The notes under the pieces: generated by a model
Told to the model about the DNA's origin: nothing
The model's input: the letters and a program-made list of their open reading frames with translations, nothing else
The model's database searches: none
Part shown: positions 6,801 through 14,829 of the stretch, piece after piece
Layout of the letters: every line of letters starts with the position of its first letter
Numbering within the stretch: position 1 is the first letter of the stretch
Assembly (NCBI GenBank): GCA_037133055.1
Contig: JBAXOY010000024.1
Span: 1 to 29,874 of the forward strand
DNA length: 29,874 nucleotides
Direction of reading: 5' to 3'
From: Chlamydiota bacterium
GTDB lineage: Bacteria; Auribacterota; Tritonobacteria; UBA1439
Made by a program: the position numbers and the translations under genes

Positions 6801-9800
6801 TCTCGTTGAGGCAGGCGGTCGTATCGCCCGTGATGGAATGGATGAGCGTCACGGCGGGCGTGGCGATGAACGCGGTCCCCGTGATGGTAATCTCGACCAC
6901 CCCGTTGTTCGCTCCCGAGGAGGGGCTGACGTTGATCACTGATGGCGCGGGCGGCCCGTTCACCGTCAGCGTCACGTCGTCGTTGGAGCCCTGGCCGTCC
7001 GGGTTGAACACCTGGACCGCCTGCGCGCCCTGGTCGCAGAGGCTCACGAGGTCGGCGGCAGAGATGCGAAAATAGATCGTGGTGGCTGTGGGGCGCGGGT
7101 CGAAATACGGGGAGTCGAAGTTGTAGTACCCCTTGATATCCCCTACGTGGATCTCGGGCGCCCCGAAGAAGTTCCTGCCGCTGATCACGAACGCATCCAC
7201 GTAGTCCTTGTACACCTCCGCGGGCGAGATGCTGTAGACGACCGGAGGCGGCGGGTTGATGATCGTGAACGCCGGGTTCGCGATGTCCGCGCCCCATGTC
7301 GAGGCCTGCGTGTCGGTGTTCGTCACCCGGATCCCGTACCCGCCGAGCGCGAAGCCCGCGGGCACCGTCGCCGTGATCGTTGTCGAGCTCAGGGTCTGCA
7401 CGGTCAACGCATTAAGGTTCACCACGGGCAGCGGGCCGATGAGCGCCGCTGTGGCCCCGGGCCGGAAGTTCAGCCCCGTGATCACCACCTCCGTCGCCAT
7501 CGGCCGATACGCCCAGTGCGTTCCGTAAGGCGGGTTCACCACCCCGTCCGCGCGCCTGATCCCGTACACCGTCGGCGGCGCGAGGTTCGCCAGGTAGTCC
7601 TGCCCGTTTATGTCCGTGTCCGTCACCGTGACCGTGAGCGATGCGGGACTGAACGTGTAGCCCTGCTTTTCCAGCGACAGCGTGTACGTCCCTGGGATGA
7701 GCCCGAACACCGTGTAGTCGCCGTTGTCGTCCGTCATCGCCATCCGATCGTTGTCCGTGTGCGGCGTCGAGTATTTCGCCGTCACCTGCACCCGGTCCGC
7801 GCCCGTGTCTGAGCCGTCGGCGATGCGGCCCGAAACGGAGAATGTCCTCGGGCCCGCGAGGAAGTTCGTGTAGTCGATGTTTCCGAGAGCCGGGTCGTCG
7901 AGCTGGTCGTACAGGTAGTTGTCGATGACCGAGGTGTCCGTCGTGAGCCACCAGTTTGACCGCGCGCTCATGTCCGTCGCGCAGTCGTTCCATACGTTGA
8001 ACGTCGCCGAAGGGTTCATCACCCCCAGAAACTCGTTCCACCCCGTCGTCACCCCGTCGCCTAGATCCACCGCGCCGCACCCGCCCTCGCGCTTCACCCC
8101 CACGCCCCAGCTCTCGATCACCGTGTAGCCGACCGTGCAGTCGCCCGCGCTCTTCCAGTCGATCCCTATCCCCGCGGCACTGCCCTGCACGACGTTGGAG
8201 TAGCCGCACCGCAGAACCGCCGCCTTGTCCCCGACTATCCCCGTCGCAACCTGCTCGTTCGGGAAGAGAAGGTGCGTCACCATCCGCGCCGTCAGGCGGG
8301 CCGAGTCGGAGAGCTCCACCGCGCCGTTCCCGAAGACCGAAAAGATGACGTTCAGGATGGACGCGTTCGCCGCCTCCCCCACCCCCTTCGCCGGGCACGA
8401 GACCGCCTTCGGCGCGTCCACGATCGAGGAGTCGTAGAGCGTGACGATCGCGTTCTCCTTCCCCTGGAGGCCCACCCCGGTCACGTTCCTGAAAAGCACC
8501 TTCGTGAATATCGGCGCCGAGGTGCTCTTCGCAGTGATGCCTGTCACCACCGTGTCGATCGAGCAGGTGTCGATCGCAGGGCAGGTGAACGCGAGCGAGC
8601 TGTTCAACGCGACGCCCGTCGCGCAGTTCGCCACGTAGATGTTGTGGATCCACGGACGCGGGTTCGCGGCTAAGGGCGCGTTGAGGTTCGACTCGAACGA
8701 GAGACCGTAGACCGCGCTCGTGATGTCCGAGTACTCGATCCACGCGGATGCCGTCGTGGCTGAGAACACCACCCCAAGCCAGTCCGACGCCGCGCCCCCA
8801 TTCGAGGTCATCGCCACGCGGTTCGTCGCCTCGCCGAGAAGATCCAGCCTACCATAGAGGCGTATCTCGCCCCGCTCGTTGTCCCAGCCCCCGCTCGAAT
8901 CGTCGGAAAGGGCGTCGAAGACGAGCATCGAGCCTGGCTCAACCGTCAGCGTCACGCCCGCGGGCACCACGAGGTCGCCGGTGAGGGATACCGTGCCCGC
9001 AAGAGTCGTGTTCGCATTCAGAGTTCCCGAACCGCCCGCCGTAAAGGCGTGTGTCAGCGTCCCCGACCCGACTCCGTTCGTCACCTTCAGGTCATGGCTT
9101 CCGACCCTCAGTCCCGCGGGCACCGTCGCCGTGATGCTCGTCGCGGTCACCGTGCCCACCGCGCACGACGTGCCGCCCACCGTCACGGTCGCTCCAGTGA
9201 AGTTCAATCCCGTGATCGTGATGTCCGTCGCCCCGTCGTTCGTCCCGCCCGATGGACTGACGGAGGTCACCACCGGCTCGCCGCCGGGGGGAACATTCAC
9301 CGTGTACGCTGCCGCGAGCGTCCCCGCCTGCGCGAGCGGGTTCGTCACCCTGACATCATACGTCCCCGCCGCAATCCCCGACGGCACGTTCGCCGTGAGC
9401 TGCAACGCCGTGACAAACCGCACATCCGTGCAGCGGGTCGGGTTCGGCGCGGTCATGATCTCCACCTTCGGGATGTAGACGAAGCCGGAGCCGTTCACCG
9501 TGATCGAGGTCGTGTTATTCGCATCTCCGTTGTTCGGCACTATCGGCGAACTGATCGTCGGGACACCCACCACCGTGTAGGCGTTGGTCATCGTCCCCGG
9601 GCCGGCCGGATCCACGTTGTCGACCCTGAAGTCGTAGAGCCCCGCCGCGATCGCCGACGGCACCGTCGCCATCAGGCAGGTCGAACTCACCACGCGCACG
9701 TTCGTGCAGGCGGTCCATGTCGGGGCTTTCCCGACCTGCACCAGGGGCACGCCCGCGCTCGACTTGATGTTGTCGCCGACGACGATGATGTCCGTCTCCG

Positions 9801-12800
9801 CCGTCGCGAGCCCCATCGGCGGGCTCACCCCGTACACGGTTACGAGCGGCTCGAGCACCGTGAACCCTCCCGCAAGCGCGCCGGACCCGCTGTCCGGGTT
9901 GGTGACGACGACATCGTAGGTGCCCGGCGTGATGCCTGTCGGGACCTGCGCCGTGAGAGTCGTGGAATTCGTGTACACGACGTTCATGCAGTACGTCGTG
10001 CCGATCCGCACTGTAGGGGTCGCGATGAAATTGAGCCCCTTGATCGTCACGTCGGTGACCCGGTTATTGGGCCCGCTGTTCGGCACGATTGTGCTGACGA
10101 CCGGGGGCGGCGGGCCGAGCACCGTCAGGGTCACGTCGAAATTAGAGGTCTGGCCGTCAGGGTTGGTGACACTGACAGGCCAGATGCCCGCGGCGAGCGT
10201 TCCCGGGGTATAGCCTATCGACAGGCTGGTGCCGCCTCCGCCGGGGACGAGCGAGGCCCATGTATGCCCTCCTATCGTCGCGTTGCAGCCGGTGATAAAG
10301 TTCTGCCCGGTGATCGTCAGGGAGACACTGTCGTTGTAGTTTATCGGGTTGGGGTCGATGGTGGAGAGCACCGGGGCCGGAGGCGGGACGATCGTAAAGC
10401 CGGGGGCGGCATAGACGGTGTAGGAGTCTCCGGGGGTGTTCACCGCCCCGCCGCTCATCCCGGCGGAGATCAAGAGCGTCTCATAACTCGCCCCCGTGAC
10501 GCCGGTGACGATACCGGTCGATCCGTCCGTCGTGTTGGTGAGATGCGCATAGGGACCGACCTGCCGCGCCTTGAAATCCGTTGCGGTATCGGTGAGCGTG
10601 ACGGCGCTCCCGCCGGTGCAGGTCCCCGAGATGGTGTTGATGCCCCAGATCACCTCCGCGCCGTCGGGGTTCACCACGCGCACCGCGTAGTTTCCTCCGG
10701 CCAGCCCCGCGGGCAGAGTCGCGGTGAGGCGCGTCGAGGTGACCCAGACGACGTTCGAGCAGACGGTGTCCGCGGACGACCCCGGGATCGGCCCCCGGAT
10801 ATACACGGAGGGCGTATCCCTGAAATTGAGGCCGGTGATCACAATATTCGTCGTCTCGCTGATGAGACCCCAGTTCGTCCTGTCCGGGAGGCCGTGCGCC
10901 GCGCCATCCAACCCGTCCGCGCGGCTTACACCCGTGATAAAGGGCACAGGGAGGGTCGCGGTGAAGTCCCGGCCGACGACATCGGAGGGTGTAAAGACCG
11001 GTATGGCGACCGTGATCGTAGCGGGCGAGAATGTGTAGCCAAGCTTGCCCGGCACCACGACATACGATGTCGCGTGGGGGAGGAGACCGTAAATAGTGTA
11101 GTACCCTTCCGCGTCGGTGATGTCCGCCAGCACCGTGTGCCCGGGGAACTGGGCGCTGATGTCGACCTCGACGCGCACCCCCTCGACCGGCTCGTTGAGG
11201 CTGTCTACTATGATGCCGGAAACGGAGTAGGTCCGCTTCCTGTCGGGGCTGCGGTGCGGGATCCAATGTGCCGCTCCAAGGTTGGAATTTTCCGCATTGT
11301 CCCAGATGTAGCGGCTGATGGGACCGTCGTCCGTCGTCGCCCACCAGTTCCCCTCCGCCCAGACCTCGAGCTGGTAGAGGTCCGGGGCGACGGGGGCCGA
11401 CTGTTCCATGCGGATGTTGTACAGGCACAGCGGGTCCTGGACGCCGTAAAACTCGTTCTGCCCCACGCTCGTGACGTATCCGGGAGGCCAGTTTCTCAAG
11501 GTGGACGGGGTAACTGACCCACCACGGTCACCGAGATCTATGTTGTTGTAATCCATGCGTGGCGTGAACCGATAGCTGTCGTATAGGTTAAAGATAGCCC
11601 CGCCTCCAAGCCCGCTGGTCAGAAGAGCGTTATTGGTGCCGCCGGCGTAGTTCCCAATGCTCAGGATGGTGGCGGACACGCCATCGGTAAGGTTGACCAC
11701 GGTTATCCCCACATCCGCCCCGATCTCCAGAAAATCCACCGCATTGTCGACGAGAAGGCTATTGGTGCCTCCGGCAGTGCACATCCCCGTGTAGGGAACG
11801 GCGAACCGCGGTCCCACCATGTGGTAGATGCCGGCCTGGGCATCCACGGAGCCCCAGCGCGCCCAGACGTTGTTCGTGAAGCCGCCGATACGGGAATATT
11901 CAACTTTCAACATCTGCAGGTTGTCGTCCCACTCGATGCCGTTGCCCTGGTCGCCGATGCCGATGATGTTGCAGTTGCTCGCCTCGAGGGCGCACGAGGA
12001 GAGTATTTTCGCGCTCCCGACCGACCGGTACTCGCGGCCGATGATGCCGGAACTCGTCTGGGCGATGGTCGTGTCGGTCATCAGCACGCTGGCGTCCATG
12101 TCGAGGTCCACCAGCCCCGAGGAGAATGCGCACCCGGTGAAAACGGGACTGCAATATTCGGTCGCATAGACGGCCCTGCCGCCCGCGGCGAGGCCGGAGA
12201 TATTGCAGTTTGTGATCGCGGGCGTGCACGCGGCCCAGCACTCGAATCCGAAGCTCGCGTTGATGATCGTGCAGTCGTCCACCGAGGGAGCGGAAGCACC
12301 GTCGAAGAGCATACCCGTGGTGACGTCGTTGATCATACACTGGGAAATGACGGGAGAAACGCCGCCGTAGAGGGGACCGTCGCACGAGGTGAAGTTGATG
12401 CCATAGACGCCGCGGTCGATGTTGCAGTAGCTGATGGTGCCCGTGGCGGTGGTGTCGGAAAAAATAATGCCGAACCATCCGGCGGCGGCAGTGCCCGTGC
12501 TCGTGAGGATCACAATGTCATCTGACGTGCCGCTGATGTTCAGCGTGCCGTAGACGATGAGCTCACTCCGGAGGAGGTCCCATCCCCAGTGCGTGGAGTC
12601 ATAATTTTCCTGAAACCTCACCTCGGTGCCGGGGCCGATATTGAGGGTCGCGTCTTTATCGATCGTCACGTCGCCCGTAACAATGATGGGATTCATTGTC
12701 GAATCCCAGTTCTCCACCCCGTAAATGGTTCCCGCGGTGGTTTGCGCCCGGGAGAGAGAAGGGAAAAATGCGATCACCGCGACGAGGGGGATCAGATATC

Positions 12801-12810
12801 GAAAACGCAT
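3826..12810 (-). CDS. Giant (2994 aa) secreted surface protein/adhesin: parallel beta-helix regions, carboxypeptidase-regulatory-like Ig domains, many IPT/TIG domains, PT linker, CTD
   Basis: Signal MRFRYLIPLVAVIAFFPSLSRA; repeated P.V.SVSP..G.......ITITG.NF...Y.V.VTNP (IPT/TIG); NWW.TTD...I...YD and SVSG.I.D...TD.NG.YTIYGL motifs; PT-rich linker; RBS AAGGAG. Confidence 0.92.
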   Translation of the reverse strand: MRFRYLIPLVAVIAFFPSLSRAQTTAGTIYGVENWDSTMNPIIVTGDVTIDKDATLNIGPGTEVRFQENYDSTHWGWDLLRSELIVYGTLNISGTSDDIVILTSTGTAAAGWFGIIFSDTTATGTISYCNIDRGVYGINFTSCDGPLYGGVSPVISQCMINDVTTGMLFDGASAPSVDDCTIINASFGFECWAACTPAITNCNISGLAAGGRAVYATEYCSPVFTGCAFSSGLVDLDMDASVLMTDTTIAQTSSGIIGREYRSVGSAKILSSCALEASNCNIIGIGDQGNGIEWDDNLQMLKVEYSRIGGFTNNVWARWGSVDAQAGIYHMVGPRFAVPYTGMCTAGGTNSLLVDNAVDFLEIGADVGITVVNLTDGVSATILSIGNYAGGTNNALLTSGLGGGAIFNLYDSYRFTPRMDYNNIDLGDRGGSVTPSTLRNWPPGYVTSVGQNEFYGVQDPLCLYNIRMEQSAPVAPDLYQLEVWAEGNWWATTDDGPISRYIWDNAENSNLGAAHWIPHRSPDRKRTYSVSGIIVDSLNEPVEGVRVEVDISAQFPGHTVLADITDAEGYYTIYGLLPHATSYVVVPGKLGYTFSPATITVAIPVFTPSDVVGRDFTATLPVPFITGVSRADGLDGAAHGLPDRTNWGLISETTNIVITGLNFRDTPSVYIRGPIPGSSADTVCSNVVWVTSTRLTATLPAGLAGGNYAVRVVNPDGAEVIWGINTISGTCTGGSAVTLTDTATDFKARQVGPYAHLTNTTDGSTGIVTGVTGASYETLLISAGMSGGAVNTPGDSYTVYAAPGFTIVPPPAPVLSTIDPNPINYNDSVSLTITGQNFITGCNATIGGHTWASLVPGGGGTSLSIGYTPGTLAAGIWPVSVTNPDGQTSNFDVTLTVLGPPPPVVSTIVPNSGPNNRVTDVTIKGLNFIATPTVRIGTTYCMNVVYTNSTTLTAQVPTGITPGTYDVVVTNPDSGSGALAGGFTVLEPLVTVYGVSPPMGLATAETDIIVVGDNIKSSAGVPLVQVGKAPTWTACTNVRVVSSTCLMATVPSAIAAGLYDFRVDNVDPAGPGTMTNAYTVVGVPTISSPIVPNNGDANNTTSITVNGSGFVYIPKVEIMTAPNPTRCTDVRFVTALQLTANVPSGIAAGTYDVRVTNPLAQAGTLAAAYTVNVPPGGEPVVTSVSPSGGTNDGATDITITGLNFTGATVTVGGTSCAVGTVTATSITATVPAGLRVGSHDLKVTNGVGSGTLTHAFTAGGSGTLNANTTLAGTVSLTGDLVVPAGVTLTVEPGSMLVFDALSDDSSGGWDNERGEIRLYGRLDLLGEATNRVAMTSNGGAASDWLGVVFSATTASAWIEYSDITSAVYGLSFESNLNAPLAANPRPWIHNIYVANCATGVALNSSLAFTCPAIDTCSIDTVVTGITAKSTSAPIFTKVLFRNVTGVGLQGKENAIVTLYDSSIVDAPKAVSCPAKGVGEAANASILNVIFSVFGNGAVELSDSARLTARMVTHLLFPNEQVATGIVGDKAAVLRCGYSNVVQGSAAGIGIDWKSAGDCTVGYTVIESWGVGVKREGGCGAVDLGDGVTTGWNEFLGVMNPSATFNVWNDCATDMSARSNWWLTTDTSVIDNYLYDQLDDPALGNIDYTNFLAGPRTFSVSGRIADGSDTGADRVQVTAKYSTPHTDNDRMAMTDDNGDYTVFGLIPGTYTLSLEKQGYTFSPASLTVTVTDTDINGQDYLANLAPPTVYGIRRADGVVNPPYGTHWAYRPMATEVVITGLNFRPGATAALIGPLPVVNLNALTVQTLSSTTITATVPAGFALGGYGIRVTNTDTQASTWGADIANPAFTIINPPPPVVYSISPAEVYKDYVDAFVISGRNFFGAPEIHVGDIKGYYNFDSPYFDPRPTATTIYFRISAADLVSLCDQGAQAVQVFNPDGQGSNDDVTLTVNGPPAPSVINVSPSSGANNGVVEITITGTAFIATPAVTLIHSITGDTTACLNESFVSSTEITAQVPIGIDRGIYTVRVCNPPCSEGAPVKCGELASGYEVLYPPINVIGVSPPMGLAAAATDIIVVGESFDSVMSPTVAIGATACTNVRLISSTCILATVPSGMTPGLYPLTVDIAGLANAYTVVGTPTITSPIVPNNGNANKTTSITVYGTGFVYIPKVEIMTTPNPTRCTDVRFITALQFTANVPSGIAAGTYAIRVTNPLAQAGTLAGAYTVSAAPVGEPVVSSVSPTGGPNNGTTNITITGTNFTGTTGVTVGVTLCTNVAVVSPTQVSARVPAGLRVGSYDLTMTSAGSGTLTHGFTVGGSGTLAADTTIAGSATMTGDLVVPAGFTLTLEPAASLVFNALSDDTSGGWDGERGEIDVYGRINILGEAGGSVPILTSNGSAVSDWLGIVLSDTTASSWIDGVYLRYAVYGLDIESNLDATAANNPRPWVRNADIENCATGISVNSSTAFTCPAFDMCTIDTVTTGITADGTSAPIFTATLCRNITATGIEGKGSAILTVQGSSVMDAPAAVSCPVAGLGEATNASILNLVFSVLGNGTIGISDSAMLNARMVTHLLFPGTSIDAGILGESAASLAWNYSNIVQGNASGMGVDWKSSGNCAISNTVFENWGVGLTREDGCGTVKLGNSAPTGGNEFLGVLNPSATFNVKNNCPEDMNARFNWWLTTDTTLIEKFLYDESDVPALGNIDYSNYLTSPRTHSVSGRITMAVTPTPGVTPIPTPADRVQLYARYATPYTDNDRIGMTDQNGDYTIYGLVVPSIPPGYTYTITPAKQGYAFLPVSISVTLLDTDLNGKDFVMMPIVTPPTAIPTATPTPTATPTPTAPTPTPTITPTRTPTITPTFTPTLTPLPSLLIINTSPSNPKVFGPLRIDVNIDASVLGSTRVDAWGAIYTAAGGVQYLVGPPPCRLSATAAPIARGVTLTGGYSGTLLSVASIPLGNEGTHKVVVGLIGTGVTPDPAAPDYHFIPRYWDEDFVTVTLP
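4400..10130 (-). repeat. About 3.16-kb (~1050 aa) internal tandem duplication in the giant gene
   Basis: Matching anchors at offsets of about 3160-3170 nt (6151 vs 9313; 4771 vs 7939); e.g. FVYIPKVEIMT.PNPTRCTDVRF.TALQ.TANVPSGIAAGTY occurs twice. Boundaries approximate. Confidence 0.85.
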
Positions 12811-12863
12811 TTGGGCGCTCCTTATCTATGCCTCACCATATATCGGGAAAAATATCCTAGTAA

Positions 12864-12892
12864 AGGTTATCATAAATCATCTACCCCGTCAA
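12864..12892 (-). promoter_or_regulatory. sigma70-like promoter of the giant gene
   Basis: TTGACG-N17-TAACCT with an extended TG, about 55 nt upstream of the ATG. Confidence 0.55.
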
Positions 12893-12928
12893 GAAAAAGC
12901 GGACTGCAGCCGAAATGCCTCAATTATA

Positions 12929-13124
12929 GTAACTACTCAGGTAGTCAGAAGTCAGAAGCCAGAATCCAGAATGGATCACGCGAATAAGCTTCCAATAGCT
13001 TGCTGACATCTTCGAGTAACCGCATTAAACTCGGAAACATCGCCATATCCCAAGTCCTCAAATATCGCTGCAGGCGCTCTTATTCCAACTCCTGACTCCT
13101 GAATTCTGGCTCCTGTGCAGTTAC
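12929..13124. mobile_element. 196-bp MITE-like element with 12-bp TIRs and 8-bp target-site duplication
   Basis: Left end GTAACTACTCAG (12929-12940) vs right end CTGTGCAGTTAC (13113-13124), 10/12 complementary. CAATTATA flanks both sides (12921-12928, 13125-13132). Internal inverted heptamer arrays. Confidence 0.8.
12945..13083 (-). pseudogene. Internally deleted four-helix-bundle (23S rRNA IVP-like) gene
   Basis: RAPAAIFEDL (N-terminus) is fused at GACTTG (13051-13056) to DLGYGDVSE / LMRLLEDVSKLLEAYSR / ILASDF* (C-terminal helix), with frameshifts. Confidence 0.7.
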
Positions 13125-13139
13125 CAATTATAGTGGGTA

Positions 13140-13250
13140 TTTTCACCCCCCACCCTGCCCCTCCCCCTCAAGGGGGGAGGGGGAAAAAAGTACGAGCCCC
13201 CTACGTGCAACCCAGACCCGTGCTCCCCCTTCAGGAGGGGGAGGGGGACT
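13140..13250. repeat. C/G-tract hairpin repeat (CCCCCACCCT..CCTCCCCCTCAAGGGGGGAGGGG), second copy at 26480-26572
   Basis: Hairpin CCTCCCCC-TCAA-GGGGGGAGG; near-identical 40-mer and downstream GTACGAGCCC in both copies. Confidence 0.85.
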
Positions 13251-13308
13251 TTCGAGGTATCGGCACGAAAAGGATGAGAACCAAAATCAAAAAACGGGAA
13301 GATCCCGC

Positions 13309-14790
13309 TCACGGAAAGAAGAAAGTGGTGCTCGTCAGGTCGCTGCGCCAGTACCGCTCGTTAAACAAGGGCGCGCCCGGGGTATTGAGCAGGCCGTAGA
13401 TGACGTATTTGCCGCTGGGCAGGCCCGGCCCCATCAGGAACACGCCGAGCGTCCCCGAGAATTCAGAACCTATCGCAAAGTTGTGATATACAGCCTTTAC
13501 CTGGCTGTGCCAGCTTCCGTTGTTAAAAAAGTAGAGCTGCCCCGTCGGGAGCAGCACGGCGACATAGGGATCCACCACGTTCAAGGGGTTCCATTGCGCG
13601 GTGTTCTGGAGGGGGATGAGCGTGTAGTTTATCCCCCGGCGGATGCAGATAGCGCACAGCGGGTCCGGATAGGAATCCGTCTCGAGCAGGAGAATGGGCG
13701 TGGTCTGCATGGGGGGAGGATTGGTGATGATCATGTAGTCCACGACGCCGGCATAGGGGGGGAGCCCGGAGAGCGACGGGTCCACGGAAAACGTGTCGCG
13801 GGTGTTGTTCGTGACGGTGAAGAAGCTGCGCACGGTTTTCCCGTCCAGGTTCCCCTCCAGGTACACGTAGAGGCCCTTGAATGCGTCCGTCGCCCAGTCG
13901 GTGGCGCCGGTGATATCCTGGAGGGTGTTCGCGTCCGACGAGACGCACTGCCCGGACGCAACCTGGTCGGCGAGCAGGATTGCACATTGGACCCCCGTGC
14001 GGACACCCGCCATAAACACGCTCGTAGTATAATCGTTCAGGAGCCCGGCGTTGCAATACAGCGTCGTCGAAGTGAACGCGTCGATGAAAAAGCGCTTCCC
14101 CTTCTCGGGCCCGGAGATGACCTCGACCACGGAGTAGAGCACGCTCGCGTCGAACGAGGCGGAGTTCACCTCGATCCTGTTGCATGTCCTGGGGTCGGAG
14201 TCTTCCCAGCATGGCACGTTGCCCACGACGAACAGATAGCCTTCGGATGGGGGAGGCGACGGCACTGGGGTGGGGGTCGGCGTCGCGTCGGACCCCGTCC
14301 CCGTGACGCTGACGTCATCGATGTAGACGTTGAAGGCGTCCGTCGTCGAATTGAGCCTGAACTGAAGATAGATGTTCGTGTGCGCCGACAGGTCGGCGGA
14401 GGCGTTGGTCCAAGCGACGGCGCCGGCGGAGAAGGGACTGCCGGGGACGTTCGTCCACGGTCCGGATGCGGACGTCGAATATTCCACGGTCAGCGACCTT
14501 GTCACGTCTTCGATGAAAAAGTAAAAAGACAGCGCGCCGGGGTTGGGGAGCAGCGGCGTCTTCAGGGAGTCGTTTATCGCATTGACCAATACGCTGTGAG
14601 TCGGGCTTCGGGATGGGGATGGTGGGGTGGTTACCCGATCGCAGCCCTGGCTTATCCATCCGGCCGGAGGGAACCCCGCCCCCTCGAAATTCTCGTTGAT
14701 GAGGTAAGCCCCCGACACGGAAACGGGGTTCGCGGCCCAAAAAAGGAAGTACAGCGCGACCGCGTGCGCGAACAGCGGGATCCTTTTCAT
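13309..14790 (-). CDS. Secreted protein (~493 aa): MAM/cleaved-adhesin-like N-domain, P/T linker, beta-rich modules, divergent CTD
   Basis: MKRIPLFAHAVALYFLFWAANP signal (RBS GAGG); INENFEGAGFPPAGW...YIDDVSVT; C-terminal DPYVAVLLPTGQLYF..FSGTL..PSGKYVIYGLL..RYW. Confidence 0.85.
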   Translation of the reverse strand: MKRIPLFAHAVALYFLFWAANPVSVSGAYLINENFEGAGFPPAGWISQGCDRVTTPPSPSRSPTHSVLVNAINDSLKTPLLPNPGALSFYFFIEDVTRSLTVEYSTSASGPWTNVPGSPFSAGAVAWTNASADLSAHTNIYLQFRLNSTTDAFNVYIDDVSVTGTGSDATPTPTPVPSPPPSEGYLFVVGNVPCWEDSDPRTCNRIEVNSASFDASVLYSVVEVISGPEKGKRFFIDAFTSTTLYCNAGLLNDYTTSVFMAGVRTGVQCAILLADQVASGQCVSSDANTLQDITGATDWATDAFKGLYVYLEGNLDGKTVRSFFTVTNNTRDTFSVDPSLSGLPPYAGVVDYMIITNPPPMQTTPILLLETDSYPDPLCAICIRRGINYTLIPLQNTAQWNPLNVVDPYVAVLLPTGQLYFFNNGSWHSQVKAVYHNFAIGSEFSGTLGVFLMGPGLPSGKYVIYGLLNTPGAPLFNERYWRSDLTSTTFFFP

Positions 14791-14829
14791 GAGGATATCC
14801 TCAAGTCTCAAGACCACGAGTGCCTGTGC

